38,066 nt of DNA. Origin: Candidatus Eiseniibacteriota bacterium. Its GTDB lineage: Bacteria > Eisenbacteria > RBG-16-71-46 > DASYSL01. Of the stretch, positions 1 to 10,209 are shown in pieces. Numbering within the stretch: position 1 is the stretch's first letter; each line of letters starts with the position of its first letter. The translations under genes and the position numbers were made by a program. The stretch lies in NCBI GenBank assembly GCA_046598045.1, contig JBKJJJ010000199.1, positions 1 through 38,066 on the forward strand, given 5' to 3'. Under the pieces are notes generated by a model. It worked only from the letters and a program-made list of their open reading frames with translations. It made no database searches and was not told where the DNA came from.

Positions 1-11
1 GCTACACCAGC
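1..11 (-). tRNA. 5' end of a second tRNA truncated by the window edge (possibly tRNA-Thr)
   Basis: Minus strand reads GCTGGTGTAGC, i.e. a 7-nt acceptor arm plus TA plus GC(TC), 22 nt downstream of tRNA-Phe. Only 11 nt are visible, so the identity is a guess. Confidence 0.4.
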
Positions 12-33
12 CCATCACGTCCTACCCCACGGG

Positions 34-109
34 TGGTGCGACCCCGCGGAATCGAACCGCGGACACCCAGATTTTCAGTCTGGTGCTCTACCAACTGAGC
101 TAGGGTCGC
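34..109 (-). tRNA. tRNA-Phe (GAA), CCA encoded
   Basis: Folds as GCGACCC UA GCUC AGUUGGUA GAGC A CCAGA CUGAAAA UCUGG GUGUC CGCGG UUCGAUU CCGCG GGGUCGC A CCA (76 nt, anticodon GAA). Confidence 0.97.
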
Positions 110-173
110 CCGAAAACCGATCTCAATGGAAAGGGCCCGGGATGGCTCCCGCGCCCCTGCCCTGAGCCCCGCT

Positions 174-203
174 TTTATAGCAGCCGCCGTTCCACCGCGT
201 CAA
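174..203 (-). promoter_or_regulatory. sigma70-type promoter for the tRNA cluster
   Basis: Minus strand TTGACG-N18-TATAAA followed by a GC-rich discriminator, about 65 nt upstream of tRNA-Phe. Confidence 0.6.
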
Positions 204-222
204 CCCCCGCCACCACCGCCGC

Positions 223-2217
223 TTACGCAGCCGGGAAGCGATTGCGCCGGTCCATCCGCACGCCGCGACGGTCCTGGCTCGCCCGGCGATCCGCGTTGTC
301 GACCACGGGGAGGGTGAACGAGAAGATCACGCCCCAATCGCCCTCGGAGCGCACGCGGATCTCGCCACCGTGGCTCTGGACGACCTGCTGCGCGAGCGCG
401 AGCCCGACCGCGTCGCCGCCCTTGCGCGAGGTCACGAACGGGACGAACAGTTGCTCCAGCATGTCGCCCGAGAGCGGCGGTGCATCGCTCGCGATCTCGA
501 CCACGACGTAGCCCTGGGTGTTGCGCGTCTCGACGCGCACGCGCCCGCCCTGCGGCACCTGCTCGAGCGCGTTCTCCAGCATGTTGCGCACCACCTGGCG
601 GATCTTCTCGGCGTCGAGCAGGAGCGCGGGCACGTCGGGCGCGAGCTTCTTGAGCAGGCGCACGCGGCGCTTGACCATGCCGTCGGAGAGCGCGGTCAGC
701 GTGCCGGCGAGGATCTGGTTCACGCTCTCGAGCGCGAGCCGCGGGCGCGACAGGCTCGCGAACTGGCGATGCTCGGCGAGCAGACGCTCGAGGCGCTCGG
801 ATTCGCGCAGGATGACCTCGACATATTCCCGGTTCGGATCGTCGTGCCCGAGGCTCCGGTGCACCCGCCGGGCGAAACCGCCGATCGAGGCCAGCGGGTG
901 CTGCGCCTCCTCCGCCGCGCGCGCGGCGATCGCGCCGAGCGCGGCAAGGCGCTCGTTCGAGGCGACATGCTTCGCCAGTTCGGAGAGCCGGGCTTCGGCC
1001 TCGCGCACGCGGTCCGAAAGCAGCGCATGCGAGAGCACGGCCGCCGCCTGGGCGATCACGGCCTCGGCCACGCGCCCATCGATCGCGTCGAACGCCGCCG
1101 GCTCGGAGAGCGAGCGCGGCGCCGGACCGAAGAAGCCCATGACTCCGAGCGTGCCGGCGGGAGTGACCAGCGGGGCGAAGTAGAGCGCCCCCATGCCGCG
1201 CACGGCGGCCGGATCGAGGTGCGGATCGGCGGCTGCGTCGTCAACGGCGCGCGCGCTCCTCTGGCGCGCCACCGCGCGCGCGAGTGGCTCCAGGGCCTCG
1301 GCCTGGCGCAGCGGGTCGACCCGGTCGTCGCTCACGTGGACGCTCTCGAGCATGAGCCCGGCGCCCCCACCCTGCGGCGGCTCGGCGGACATGCGCCACA
1401 GGACGCCGCCGCGGCAGCTCAGCGCCTGCGTGCCCGCGCGCACGACGAGCGCGAGCTCCGTGCGCAGGCTCGTGGGTGCGGCCGAGCTCTTCGCGAGTTC
1501 CTCGAGGGTCGCGAGCTGGGAGACACGCTCCTTGCGATCGGCTGCGAGCCGGCTGTTCTCGATCGCGGCGCCGGCCACGCGGGCGAGGCCCGTGAGCAGG
1601 GCGAGATCCGAGGCCGTCAAGGGCGCAGGGCGGAATGCCGCGTCGGCGACGAGGAGCGCGACCGGCCGGCCGAACACGCACACGCTCGCCGCCGCGAAGC
1701 GCGACAGATCGAGCGCGTTGAACCAGGTCGACCCGGCGGGCAATTCGTCATCCGCGGGGGCCTCGTGCGCGAAGCGCGCGGCGCCGCCCGCGAGGAACAC
1801 GTCGACCACCGGATCACAATGGGGAGAAAGCGGGAGCGCGAGCCCGCGGACGCGCGCGGTGAGTTCCGGTGCGGCGCCCTCGAGATCGTCGTCGCTCAGC
1901 GCGTCGAGCGCCTCGTCGAGTCCGGCCGGGTCGGCCGCTTCGGGGAAGCGCTCGGCCTCCTGGGCGTCGGCCGGGCCGACCGCCGCGCGGCCGACCAGCA
2001 CCGAGCGTTCGGCGTCGGCCAGCAGGAGGAACGCGCGGCCGAGACCGAGACCGCCGGCGAGCGCGGCGAGCGGCGCGAGGCGCCGCAACACCTGGCTCTC
2101 GTCGCCGGCAGTGAAGACCGCGGCCGCAAGATCGAGCGCGCGTGCCCCCGAGGGCGTCGCCTCGGCAGAGGCGGGGCGTGGGCGGGGCGCGTTGGGACGA
2201 GGTCGGGCGACGGACAT
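223..2217 (-). CDS. GAF-GAF sensor histidine kinase-like protein with degenerate H, G1 and G2 boxes (probable pseudokinase)
   Basis: ATG at 2217 with GGGAGGAA RBS. Two GAF-like regions, a HisKA-like segment ERLAALGAIAARAAEEAQHPLASIGGFARR, and a HATPase-like segment (NMLENALE, FVPFVTSRKGG, GLALAQQVVQSHGGEI). Confidence 0.85.
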   Translation of the reverse strand: MSVARPRPNAPRPRPASAEATPSGARALDLAAAVFTAGDESQVLRRLAPLAALAGGLGLGRAFLLLADAERSVLVGRAAVGPADAQEAERFPEAADPAGLDEALDALSDDDLEGAAPELTARVRGLALPLSPHCDPVVDVFLAGGAARFAHEAPADDELPAGSTWFNALDLSRFAAASVCVFGRPVALLVADAAFRPAPLTASDLALLTGLARVAGAAIENSRLAADRKERVSQLATLEELAKSSAAPTSLRTELALVVRAGTQALSCRGGVLWRMSAEPPQGGGAGLMLESVHVSDDRVDPLRQAEALEPLARAVARQRSARAVDDAAADPHLDPAAVRGMGALYFAPLVTPAGTLGVMGFFGPAPRSLSEPAAFDAIDGRVAEAVIAQAAAVLSHALLSDRVREAEARLSELAKHVASNERLAALGAIAARAAEEAQHPLASIGGFARRVHRSLGHDDPNREYVEVILRESERLERLLAEHRQFASLSRPRLALESVNQILAGTLTALSDGMVKRRVRLLKKLAPDVPALLLDAEKIRQVVRNMLENALEQVPQGGRVRVETRNTQGYVVVEIASDAPPLSGDMLEQLFVPFVTSRKGGDAVGLALAQQVVQSHGGEIRVRSEGDWGVIFSFTLPVVDNADRRASQDRRGVRMDRRNRFPAA

Positions 2218-2264
2218 GCGGGTTCCTCCCTGAGGTGCGTGAGCGGGCTGTTTCCGGAAGGAAT

Positions 2265-2280
2265 TGCAAGCCGCGGGCCA
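2265..2280 (-). promoter_or_regulatory. sigma54 -24/-12 promoter of the kinase-like gene
   Basis: Minus strand TGGCCCGCGGCTTGCA (GG-N10-GC, near-consensus), about 48 nt upstream of the ATG. Confidence 0.7.
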
Positions 2281-2306
2281 GCGCGCTCGTTGGTCGCGAG
2301 GTTGTG

Positions 2307-2323
2307 GATTGCAGTTCGCAATC
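2307..2323. promoter_or_regulatory. Dyad GATTGCA-GTT-CGCAATC, candidate regulator binding site
   Basis: Inverted repeat just upstream of the sigma54 promoter, resembling dyads upstream of pilA, pilB and pilH. Confidence 0.5.
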
Positions 2324-2466
2324 AAGTCGAGAGAACCCGCACAAGATGCTCTGAATTAGCGGTTTGAATCTTGGGCGTGAACGCAGCCGGAAACCCACAA
2401 CAGATCGGGAGAGCGCGTACTTTCGGGGCTTTTCGCCCGCGACCGGGTGGAATTGACGCAGTCCCT

Positions 2467-4461
2467 TCAGGGCCGCGCGTCGACTCCCGTCGAGTCCGTG
2501 GAAATCTGCGCGCGCCGCCAGGCCGCGAGCCGGTCGTCGAGGCGGCCGAGCAGCATGCGCTCGTCGCGTGGGAGACGCTCGTCGCGATACCCCGGACCGG
2601 GGTGATACCAGCGCTCGCGCGCGAGCGCGGCGCCCGGGCCGGTGGAGTCGACTGCGGCGCCGCGGCGGGCCCGCAGGTACGCGGACCAGAAACGAGTCTC
2701 ACGCAAGCTCAGGCGCTCGAACCACTCCTCACGCGCCTCGGGGCCGAGCGCGAGCGGACCCTTCTGCCGGTCGCCGAACGCGGCCAGCGGGTCGGTCCCG
2801 CCCGGGCGGTACGCCAGCGCGAGGTCGGCCACCGCGTCGCCCGCGCCCCGCCGCCAGATCACCTGCGAGCCGTACACGCGATAGCCGGCGGGACGCAACC
2901 ACGCGGGGATCAGGTCCTCGGGATCGACGGCGCCGAGGTCGACCGAAGCCGTGACCTTCGCCGCCTCGCCGTCCCAGAGCGAGCCCGGATTGAGATAGAA
3001 GAACAGCAGCGGCTCGCCCCGATCGGTGCGCGAGTCGCCCACCTCGTACGACAGCCGCACCGTGCGGATCTCCTCGGCCGAGAACGGCACCTCCCAGCGA
3101 TACAGGCGCTCGATGCCACCGAGGTCCTCCCCCGGCGCGGCGGAGCCGGGCAACTCGGTCACGCCCATCGGCAGCCCGTCGACCGTGACCCGCAGGCCAC
3201 GCACCGTGCCGCGGCGGGCGCTGCCGCTCGAGTCGGGTTCGACGCTCGCGCGATAGTCGGGGAGGCCCATCGCCGCGCGGGCCGGCGCGACCCCCGACTG
3301 GAAGATCTCCTCGGCGTCGATCACCCAACCGCCGTCGCTCCGGCGGATACGCACGTCCTCGAACACGCGACGCACGCGCGCCTCCGACAGTGGGAACACG
3401 CTCGACCCGGCGCCGTCGAACGCGCTCTCGGCGGCCCTGCCCACGCGCAGGGCCGGCGTGGGAACCGGGGCCGGGGCCGGCGCGGGCGTGATCGCGGCCG
3501 CTGCCAGCAGGGCGGCGAACGCGGCGGCGTGCGGCGCGCGGGGCGAAGGCAAGGGAGGCGCCGCGTCGGGGGCCGCCGTCTTCCAGCGGCGATGGGTCCA
3601 CAGCCACTGCTCCGGGCGCTCGCGGATCCAGTCCTCGAGCATCCGGGTGTGGAGCGCGGTGAGCTCCCGGACGTCGGCCGCATGGTCGCCGCCCGGCGCG
3701 AGCACGAGCGGCGGGTAGAACTTCCCGAGGTAGCGGCCGTCGGTCTCGCGCACGAGCCGGCCCATCACCAGCGGCGCGCCCGAGCGCAGCGCGAACTCCG
3801 CCGGTCCCGGCGGCGTCGATGCCGGGGCCCCGAAGAAGTCGACGAACACGCCGCGCCGCCCGGCATCCTGGTCGGCGATGAGCGCGATGCACTGGTTGCC
3901 CTGGAGCGCGCGCAGCACGCCGCGCACGCCCACGCCATGGGCGAGGACCGCGACGCCGAGCGCGGAGCGCCGCGCTTGCAGGTCCCCGTCGACCAGGGGA
4001 TTGCTCTGCTCGCGTACGAAGAATGTGAGCGGGTAACCCTGGCGCGCAACCAGGGCGCCGAGCAGCTCGCCGGCGCCGAAGTGGCCGGTCAGGAGCACGA
4101 CGCCGCGCCCGAGCGCGCGCGCAGCGGTGATGTGTTCGAAGCCCTCGACCGACGGGAGAATGCGGTCGAGCGCGGCGGGCGTCATCCGTGGAAAGCGCAG
4201 GATCTCGACCGCGGACATGCCGGCCTGCGCATAGGCGCCGCGCAGGATGGCCTCGCGCTCGGCGAGCGGGCGCCCGGGGAATGCCCGCGCCAGGTTCGCC
4301 CGCGCGACGGCGACCCGGATTCCGGCGTACCGCGCGAGCGCGCCGAGCCCGCCGCCGAGTGCACGCGCCGCGCCGTCAGGCAGCAGGGAGACGGCCCAGC
4401 CGGCGATGCGCACGAGGCCGTGTTCGAGTCGGTGCTGCCAGCGCACGGGACTGTCGTTCAA
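2467..4461 (-). CDS. LpxL/HtrB-family acyltransferase fused to a signal-like segment plus DUF4424-like and YARHG-like domains
   Basis: TTG start overlapping the dprA stop. Residues 1-294 carry ARANLARAFP, GHFGAGE, IADQD, VDFFG and PEQWLWTHRRWK. The C-terminal part has VTVDG, WEVPFSAEEIRTVRLSY, YLNPGSLWDG and LRARRG...WYHP. Confidence 0.8.
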   Translation of the reverse strand: MNDSPVRWQHRLEHGLVRIAGWAVSLLPDGAARALGGGLGALARYAGIRVAVARANLARAFPGRPLAEREAILRGAYAQAGMSAVEILRFPRMTPAALDRILPSVEGFEHITAARALGRGVVLLTGHFGAGELLGALVARQGYPLTFFVREQSNPLVDGDLQARRSALGVAVLAHGVGVRGVLRALQGNQCIALIADQDAGRRGVFVDFFGAPASTPPGPAEFALRSGAPLVMGRLVRETDGRYLGKFYPPLVLAPGGDHAADVRELTALHTRMLEDWIRERPEQWLWTHRRWKTAAPDAAPPLPSPRAPHAAAFAALLAAAAITPAPAPAPVPTPALRVGRAAESAFDGAGSSVFPLSEARVRRVFEDVRIRRSDGGWVIDAEEIFQSGVAPARAAMGLPDYRASVEPDSSGSARRGTVRGLRVTVDGLPMGVTELPGSAAPGEDLGGIERLYRWEVPFSAEEIRTVRLSYEVGDSRTDRGEPLLFFYLNPGSLWDGEAAKVTASVDLGAVDPEDLIPAWLRPAGYRVYGSQVIWRRGAGDAVADLALAYRPGGTDPLAAFGDRQKGPLALGPEAREEWFERLSLRETRFWSAYLRARRGAAVDSTGPGAALARERWYHPGPGYRDERLPRDERMLLGRLDDRLAAWRRAQISTDSTGVDARP

Positions 4462-5345
4462 CCGGCCCTCCGTCGGTAACGATCCCCGGGGACACGCTCG
4501 ACGCGCCCGGCGATCTCGAGCGCGAGCAACGCGGCGGCCGCCTCACCCACCGGCGCACCCACCGCGCGTGCCAGCGACGCCAGGTCCTTCGGCGCGCGCG
4601 TCGTGGCCGCGAACAGGCGCTCGGGAAGCGGTTCGGCTTGCGCCTGCCGCGGTCGCGCGTCATAGGCCGCCCACGCCACCCGCGCCGCTTCGTCGAACGC
4701 GGTGAGCACCCGGACGCGGCCTGGTGCTGCGCGCGTCCAGGCCGCGTTGCCCTCGTAGCCCGGATGCCCGAGCGGCCAGGGCGCCACGCACACCGCGCGC
4801 CCGAGTCGGAGCGCGGCGCGCACGGTGTGGCGGCTCCCGCTGTGCGCGTCCGCCTGCGTCACGATCACGACGTCGGCGAGCGCGGCGAGGACCTGGTTGC
4901 GCGCGGGAAAGCGACCGCGCCGCACGCCCTCTCCGCTGGCCCACGCCGAGAGCACCCGCCCACGGCCTGCGATCGCAGTGTAGAGGCTCGCGTGCTCGGG
5001 CGGATAGACCTGATCGATTCCCACGCCCAGGACCGCCACCGTGAAGCCGCCCCGCGCGAGCGCCGCGCGATGTGCGGACGCGTCCACCCCGCGCGCGAGT
5101 CCGCTCGCCACGGCGACGCGGCCGGCGACGAGCGCGGCCACGATCCGTGCGGTGACGCGGCGCGCGTAACGCGTCTCGGCGCGCGCGCCCACGACAGTCG
5201 CAACCGGGCCGGCAGGCCACGCTGAATCTCCGAGGGCGAACAACGGGTCCGGGGCGCGCGGCCCGAGGTCGAGCACGCGCACGGGGTAGTCGGCCGCGTC
5301 CGCACGCAGTTCGCGCACGGCGGGCAGGCGGAAGGCTTGGGACAT
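4458..5345 (-). CDS. dprA: DNA-processing protein DprA (Rossmann core plus C-terminal wHTH, no N-terminal SAM domain)
   Basis: Motifs VVGAR, VASGLARGVDASAHRAAL, VLGVGIDQVYP, FPARNQVLAAL, SGSRHT and LLALEIAGRVERVPG. ATG at 5345. Confidence 0.9.
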   Translation of the reverse strand: MSQAFRLPAVRELRADAADYPVRVLDLGPRAPDPLFALGDSAWPAGPVATVVGARAETRYARRVTARIVAALVAGRVAVASGLARGVDASAHRAALARGGFTVAVLGVGIDQVYPPEHASLYTAIAGRGRVLSAWASGEGVRRGRFPARNQVLAALADVVIVTQADAHSGSRHTVRAALRLGRAVCVAPWPLGHPGYEGNAAWTRAAPGRVRVLTAFDEAARVAWAAYDARPRQAQAEPLPERLFAATTRAPKDLASLARAVGAPVGEAAAALLALEIAGRVERVPGDRYRRRAG

Positions 5346-5371
5346 GCGCGCATCCGCGGGGGCGGTGCGAA

Positions 5372-6040
5372 TCAGGGGGCGGTGCGATCCTCGAGCGAGA
5401 GCGGCAGCGCCAGCGTGGGGGCGTCCGACTGCGAACCGGTGAGCAGGTCCCACGCCACGCCGTCCTCGCTCGCGCGGGCGGCGCCGGGACCGGGAGTCAG
5501 CAGCTCGTGCTCCGCCGCCGACATCAGGTCCTTGTCCTGGAACAGGAGCTCGAGGCGACGCCCGGTATCGGCATCGCGCGCGCGCAATTCGCGCAACGCG
5601 CGCGCGCGCTCGGCATCGCCCCGCGCGAACAGGGCGCGCGCGACGTGGAGCTCGCTGCCGCCCCGCGCGATCGACGCCAGCGCCTCGATCGACTCGAGCT
5701 GCACGCTGTGGTTCGCGTCGCCGAGCACCGTGCTGAGCGGGCCGGCCGCCTCGCGCGCCGCGAGACGCCCGAGCGTGCGCACCGCGCTGACACGCGTGTA
5801 CCACAGGCCCGAGGACAGGAGCGGGAGGATCGGCGCCGCCGGCGCCTGCATGCGCACGAGCGCGGCAGCCGCGAGGTCGCGCAGGTAACCCGACTCGTCG
5901 CCGAGACACTCGACGAGGAGTTGGATCGCGGATTCGTCGCCGCGCTGCTCGAGGTCGAGCACGTACTCGCGCTTGCCGGCGAGTCCGCGCGGCGACAGCG
6001 CGTCGAAGGGGCGCAGCGTGGTGTAGGGTTCGTCGGCCAT
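5372..6040 (-). CDS. HEAT-repeat (PBS lyase-like) protein
   Basis: Repeats LVECLGDESGYLRDLAAAAL, WYTRVSAVRTLGRL and LGDANHSVQLESIEALASI. Confidence 0.8.
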   Translation of the reverse strand: MADEPYTTLRPFDALSPRGLAGKREYVLDLEQRGDESAIQLLVECLGDESGYLRDLAAAALVRMQAPAAPILPLLSSGLWYTRVSAVRTLGRLAAREAAGPLSTVLGDANHSVQLESIEALASIARGGSELHVARALFARGDAERARALRELRARDADTGRRLELLFQDKDLMSAAEHELLTPGPGAARASEDGVAWDLLTGSQSDAPTLALPLSLEDRTAP

Positions 6041-6111
6041 GTCGTCACGATCCGGGGCGAGTGTCGGTTGCGAAGGACGGCTTTCCAGGGACGGCTACGG
6101 GTTCAAGGCCA

Positions 6112-7449
<1,338 letters not shown>

Positions 7450-8661
7450 TCAGGGAGCGAGCGCGCGGCCAATCCGCTTGAGCGCCACCGTGACGTCCTC
7501 GGCCGCGGCGGCGAACGACAGTCGAATGCAGCGGTCGTCCCCGAACGCGCCGCCGGGCACCACCGCCACCCCGGCCTCGTCAAGCAGGTACGAGGCCATC
7601 TCCATCGAGTTGCGCGCCACCCGTCCCTGGGCGAGCGTGACCCCATAGTACGCCGAGACGTCGGCGAACACGTAGAAAGCGCCGCCCGGCCGCACGAACG
7701 TGACCCGCGGGATCTCGGCCAGCATGCGGCAGACGACGTCGCGGCGGAGCTTGAACGCCGCCTGCATGCGCGTCAGGGGCTCCCGCCCCTCTCCGCCCGC
7801 GAGTTCGGCCTCGAGCGCCTTGAAGCCGGCGTGCTGCGAGATGCTCGACGGGTTCCCCGCGGTGTGGCTCTGGATCGCCCCGATCGCCTTCATGACCGGG
7901 CCGGGCCCGGCGCAGTAGCCGAGGCGCCAGCCCGTCATGGCGAACGCCTTCGAGAAGCCGTTGACCGTCACCGTGCAGGCGCGCATGCCGGGCAGCGTCG
8001 CGAACGAGGTGAAGGGTCCGTCGAACGAGAGGTGCTCGTAGATCTCGTCCGAGATCACGAACAGGTCTTCCCCGCGCACGACCTCGGCGAGCCGCGCCAG
8101 CTCCTCCGCCGAGTACACCGCGCCGGTCGGATTCGCAGGGTGATTGAACAGCAGCACGCCCGGCCGCTTCGGCGTCCCCGAGAGCGACTTCATCAGCAGC
8201 TCGCTCGTGAGCTTGTAGCCGTTCGCCGCGTCGAGCGCGATCGGCACCGGCGTGCCGCCGACCAGGCGCACCATCTCGACATACGACGGCCACGCCGGCA
8301 ACGGCACGATCACCGAATCGCCGGGATCGACGAGCGCGAGCAGCGCGTGGTAGATCGCCTGCTTCGCGCCCGCGGTCACGACCACCTGGTTCGCGGTCAC
8401 CGCGAGGCCGTTCTCGTCCTTGAGCTTGCGCGCGATCAATGCCCGCAGCTCGGGCGTGCCGGCGACCGGCGTATAGCGGGTGCGCCCGCTCTCGATCGCC
8501 TCGATGCCGCCCGCGAGCGCCGCGGGCGGCGAGTTGAAGTCGGGCTGGCCGGCGCCGAGCGAGATCACGTCCTGGCCCTCGGCCCGCCGCGCCAGGAACT
8601 GCTCGTCGATCGCGAGGGTGCCTGAGAGCTTCGCATCCTGCGCGATGCGGGACAGATGCAC
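7450..8661 (-). CDS. PLP-dependent class I aminotransferase (aspartate aminotransferase family)
   Basis: GAGQPDF, YTPVAGTPELR, PANPTG, SDEIYE and SKAFAMTGWRLGY. GTG start with AGGAGG RBS. Confidence 0.93.
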   Translation of the reverse strand: MHLSRIAQDAKLSGTLAIDEQFLARRAEGQDVISLGAGQPDFNSPPAALAGGIEAIESGRTRYTPVAGTPELRALIARKLKDENGLAVTANQVVVTAGAKQAIYHALLALVDPGDSVIVPLPAWPSYVEMVRLVGGTPVPIALDAANGYKLTSELLMKSLSGTPKRPGVLLFNHPANPTGAVYSAEELARLAEVVRGEDLFVISDEIYEHLSFDGPFTSFATLPGMRACTVTVNGFSKAFAMTGWRLGYCAGPGPVMKAIGAIQSHTAGNPSSISQHAGFKALEAELAGGEGREPLTRMQAAFKLRRDVVCRMLAEIPRVTFVRPGGAFYVFADVSAYYGVTLAQGRVARNSMEMASYLLDEAGVAVVPGGAFGDDRCIRLSFAAAAEDVTVALKRIGRALAP

Positions 8662-8687
8662 GTCGCCTCCTTGCGCTTGCGCGATGG

Positions 8688-9689
8688 CTACGATCCCGCG
8701 CCGGGCGCGACCGCGCCGGCGAGGGCGAACAGGGACACGGTGACCACGTCATCGGCCGAGCATCCGCGCGAGAGGTCGTTGGCCGGACGCGCGAGCCCCG
8801 ACAGGATCGGGCCGTAGGCGTTCCAGCCGCCGAGCCTGTGCACGAGTTTGTACCCGATGTTCGCGGCATCGAGGTCCGGAAAGATCAGCACGTTGGCGTG
8901 GCCCGCCACGATCGAACCCGGCGCCTTCTTCGCCGCCACCTCGGGCACCAGCGCGGCGTCGACCTGGAGCTCGCCGTCGATGTGGAGATCCGGCCGCAGC
9001 GCGCGCGCGCGCGCCGTGGCCTCGACCACCTTGTCGACCTTCGGGTGTTGCGCGCTACCCTTGGTCGAGAACGACAGCATCGCGACGTGCGGCTCGAGCC
9101 CGACCAGAAGCCGGAAGCGATCCGCGGTCGAGATCGCGATGTCCGCCAGTTGCGCCGGGTCGGGATCGGGCACCACCCCGCCATCGGCGAAGAACAACAC
9201 GCGCTCCTTGCCCGCCTCCTGCCGCACCATCGCGAAGTAGGACGCCACCGTGCGCACGCCGGGCGCGGTCCCGATCAGGAAGATCGCGGCGCGCAGCACG
9301 TCGCTCGTCGGGTGCGCGGCGCCGGCGACGAACGCATCGGCCTCGCCCGCGCCGACGAGCGCGGCCGCCTGCATCGTCGGTTTGCGCGCCTCGAGCCCGG
9401 CGCGCGCGGCATCGATGCGGTCTCCGCGCGCGGCGACGAGCGCGGCACGCGTCCGCTCGACCAGGGCGGGGTCGTCCGGCGCGATCACGGTCACGGAGAC
9501 CAGGCTTGCCTGCTGCGCGCGCGCGACGTCGCGGATGCGCCCGGGGTCGCCGAGCAGCGTGACCCGCGCATAGCCCTTCTGGGTGAGGGTCGCGGCGGCG
9601 CGGACGATTCGCGGGTCCTCCCCCTCGGGGAGGACGAGGCGGCGTGGCGCGAGCGCGGCCTTCCGCGCGAGCGTGTCGAGCAAACCCAC
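8688..9689 (-). CDS. pta: Phosphate acetyltransferase (short form)
   Basis: [42 protein letters not shown] and NDLSRGCS. Confidence 0.92.
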   Translation of the reverse strand: MGLLDTLARKAALAPRRLVLPEGEDPRIVRAAATLTQKGYARVTLLGDPGRIRDVARAQQASLVSVTVIAPDDPALVERTRAALVAARGDRIDAARAGLEARKPTMQAAALVGAGEADAFVAGAAHPTSDVLRAAIFLIGTAPGVRTVASYFAMVRQEAGKERVLFFADGGVVPDPDPAQLADIAISTADRFRLLVGLEPHVAMLSFSTKGSAQHPKVDKVVEATARARALRPDLHIDGELQVDAALVPEVAAKKAPGSIVAGHANVLIFPDLDAANIGYKLVHRLGGWNAYGPILSGLARPANDLSRGCSADDVVTVSLFALAGAVAPGAGS

Positions 9690-9690
9690 G

Positions 9691-10209
9691 TCAGGCCCCG
9701 GCGCGATAGCGCGCGCGCTCGTCCGCGAACAGCGCGAGCAGGCGCGCCTCGATGTTCGGCGGCAGGAGCCCGGTGATATCGCCGCCGAGGCGCGCGATCT
9801 CCTTGACGAGCGTTGAGTTCAGGAACGTATAGCGGGCGGACGGCATGAGGAACACGACCTCGAGTTCGGGCGACAATCGGCGGTTCATGAGCCCCATCTG
9901 GAACTCGTACTCGAAGTCGGAGACGGCCCGAATCCCGCGGGTCATGACCTGCGCCTGCGCGCGGCGCGCGCAGTCCACGACCAGCCCGTCGAACCCGATG
10001 ACCTCGACGTTCGGGAGCGCGTGCACGGCCTGGCGCGCGAGTTCGACGCGCTCCTCGAGCGGGAACAGCGTGCCCTTCTTCGCCGACAGCGACACCGCCA
10101 CCACGACACGCGGAAACATCTTCGCCGCGCGCTCGGTGAGGTCGAGGTGGCCGTTGGTGAAGGGATCGAACGTGCCGGGAAACAGCGCGGTGCGGGCCGG
10201 TGTGCTCAT
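9691..10209 (-). CDS. coaD: Phosphopantetheine adenylyltransferase
   Basis: [26 protein letters not shown] and STLVKEIA. Confidence 0.97.
   Translation of the reverse strand: MSTPARTALFPGTFDPFTNGHLDLTERAAKMFPRVVVAVSLSAKKGTLFPLEERVELARQAVHALPNVEVIGFDGLVVDCARRAQAQVMTRGIRAVSDFEYEFQMGLMNRRLSPELEVVFLMPSARYTFLNSTLVKEIARLGGDITGLLPPNIEARLLALFADERARYRAGA

Noticed and set aside
34..222. tRNA-associated genomic island or attachment site
   Set aside because: No integrase, no duplicated tRNA 3' end noticed, and the flanking genes are core-type.
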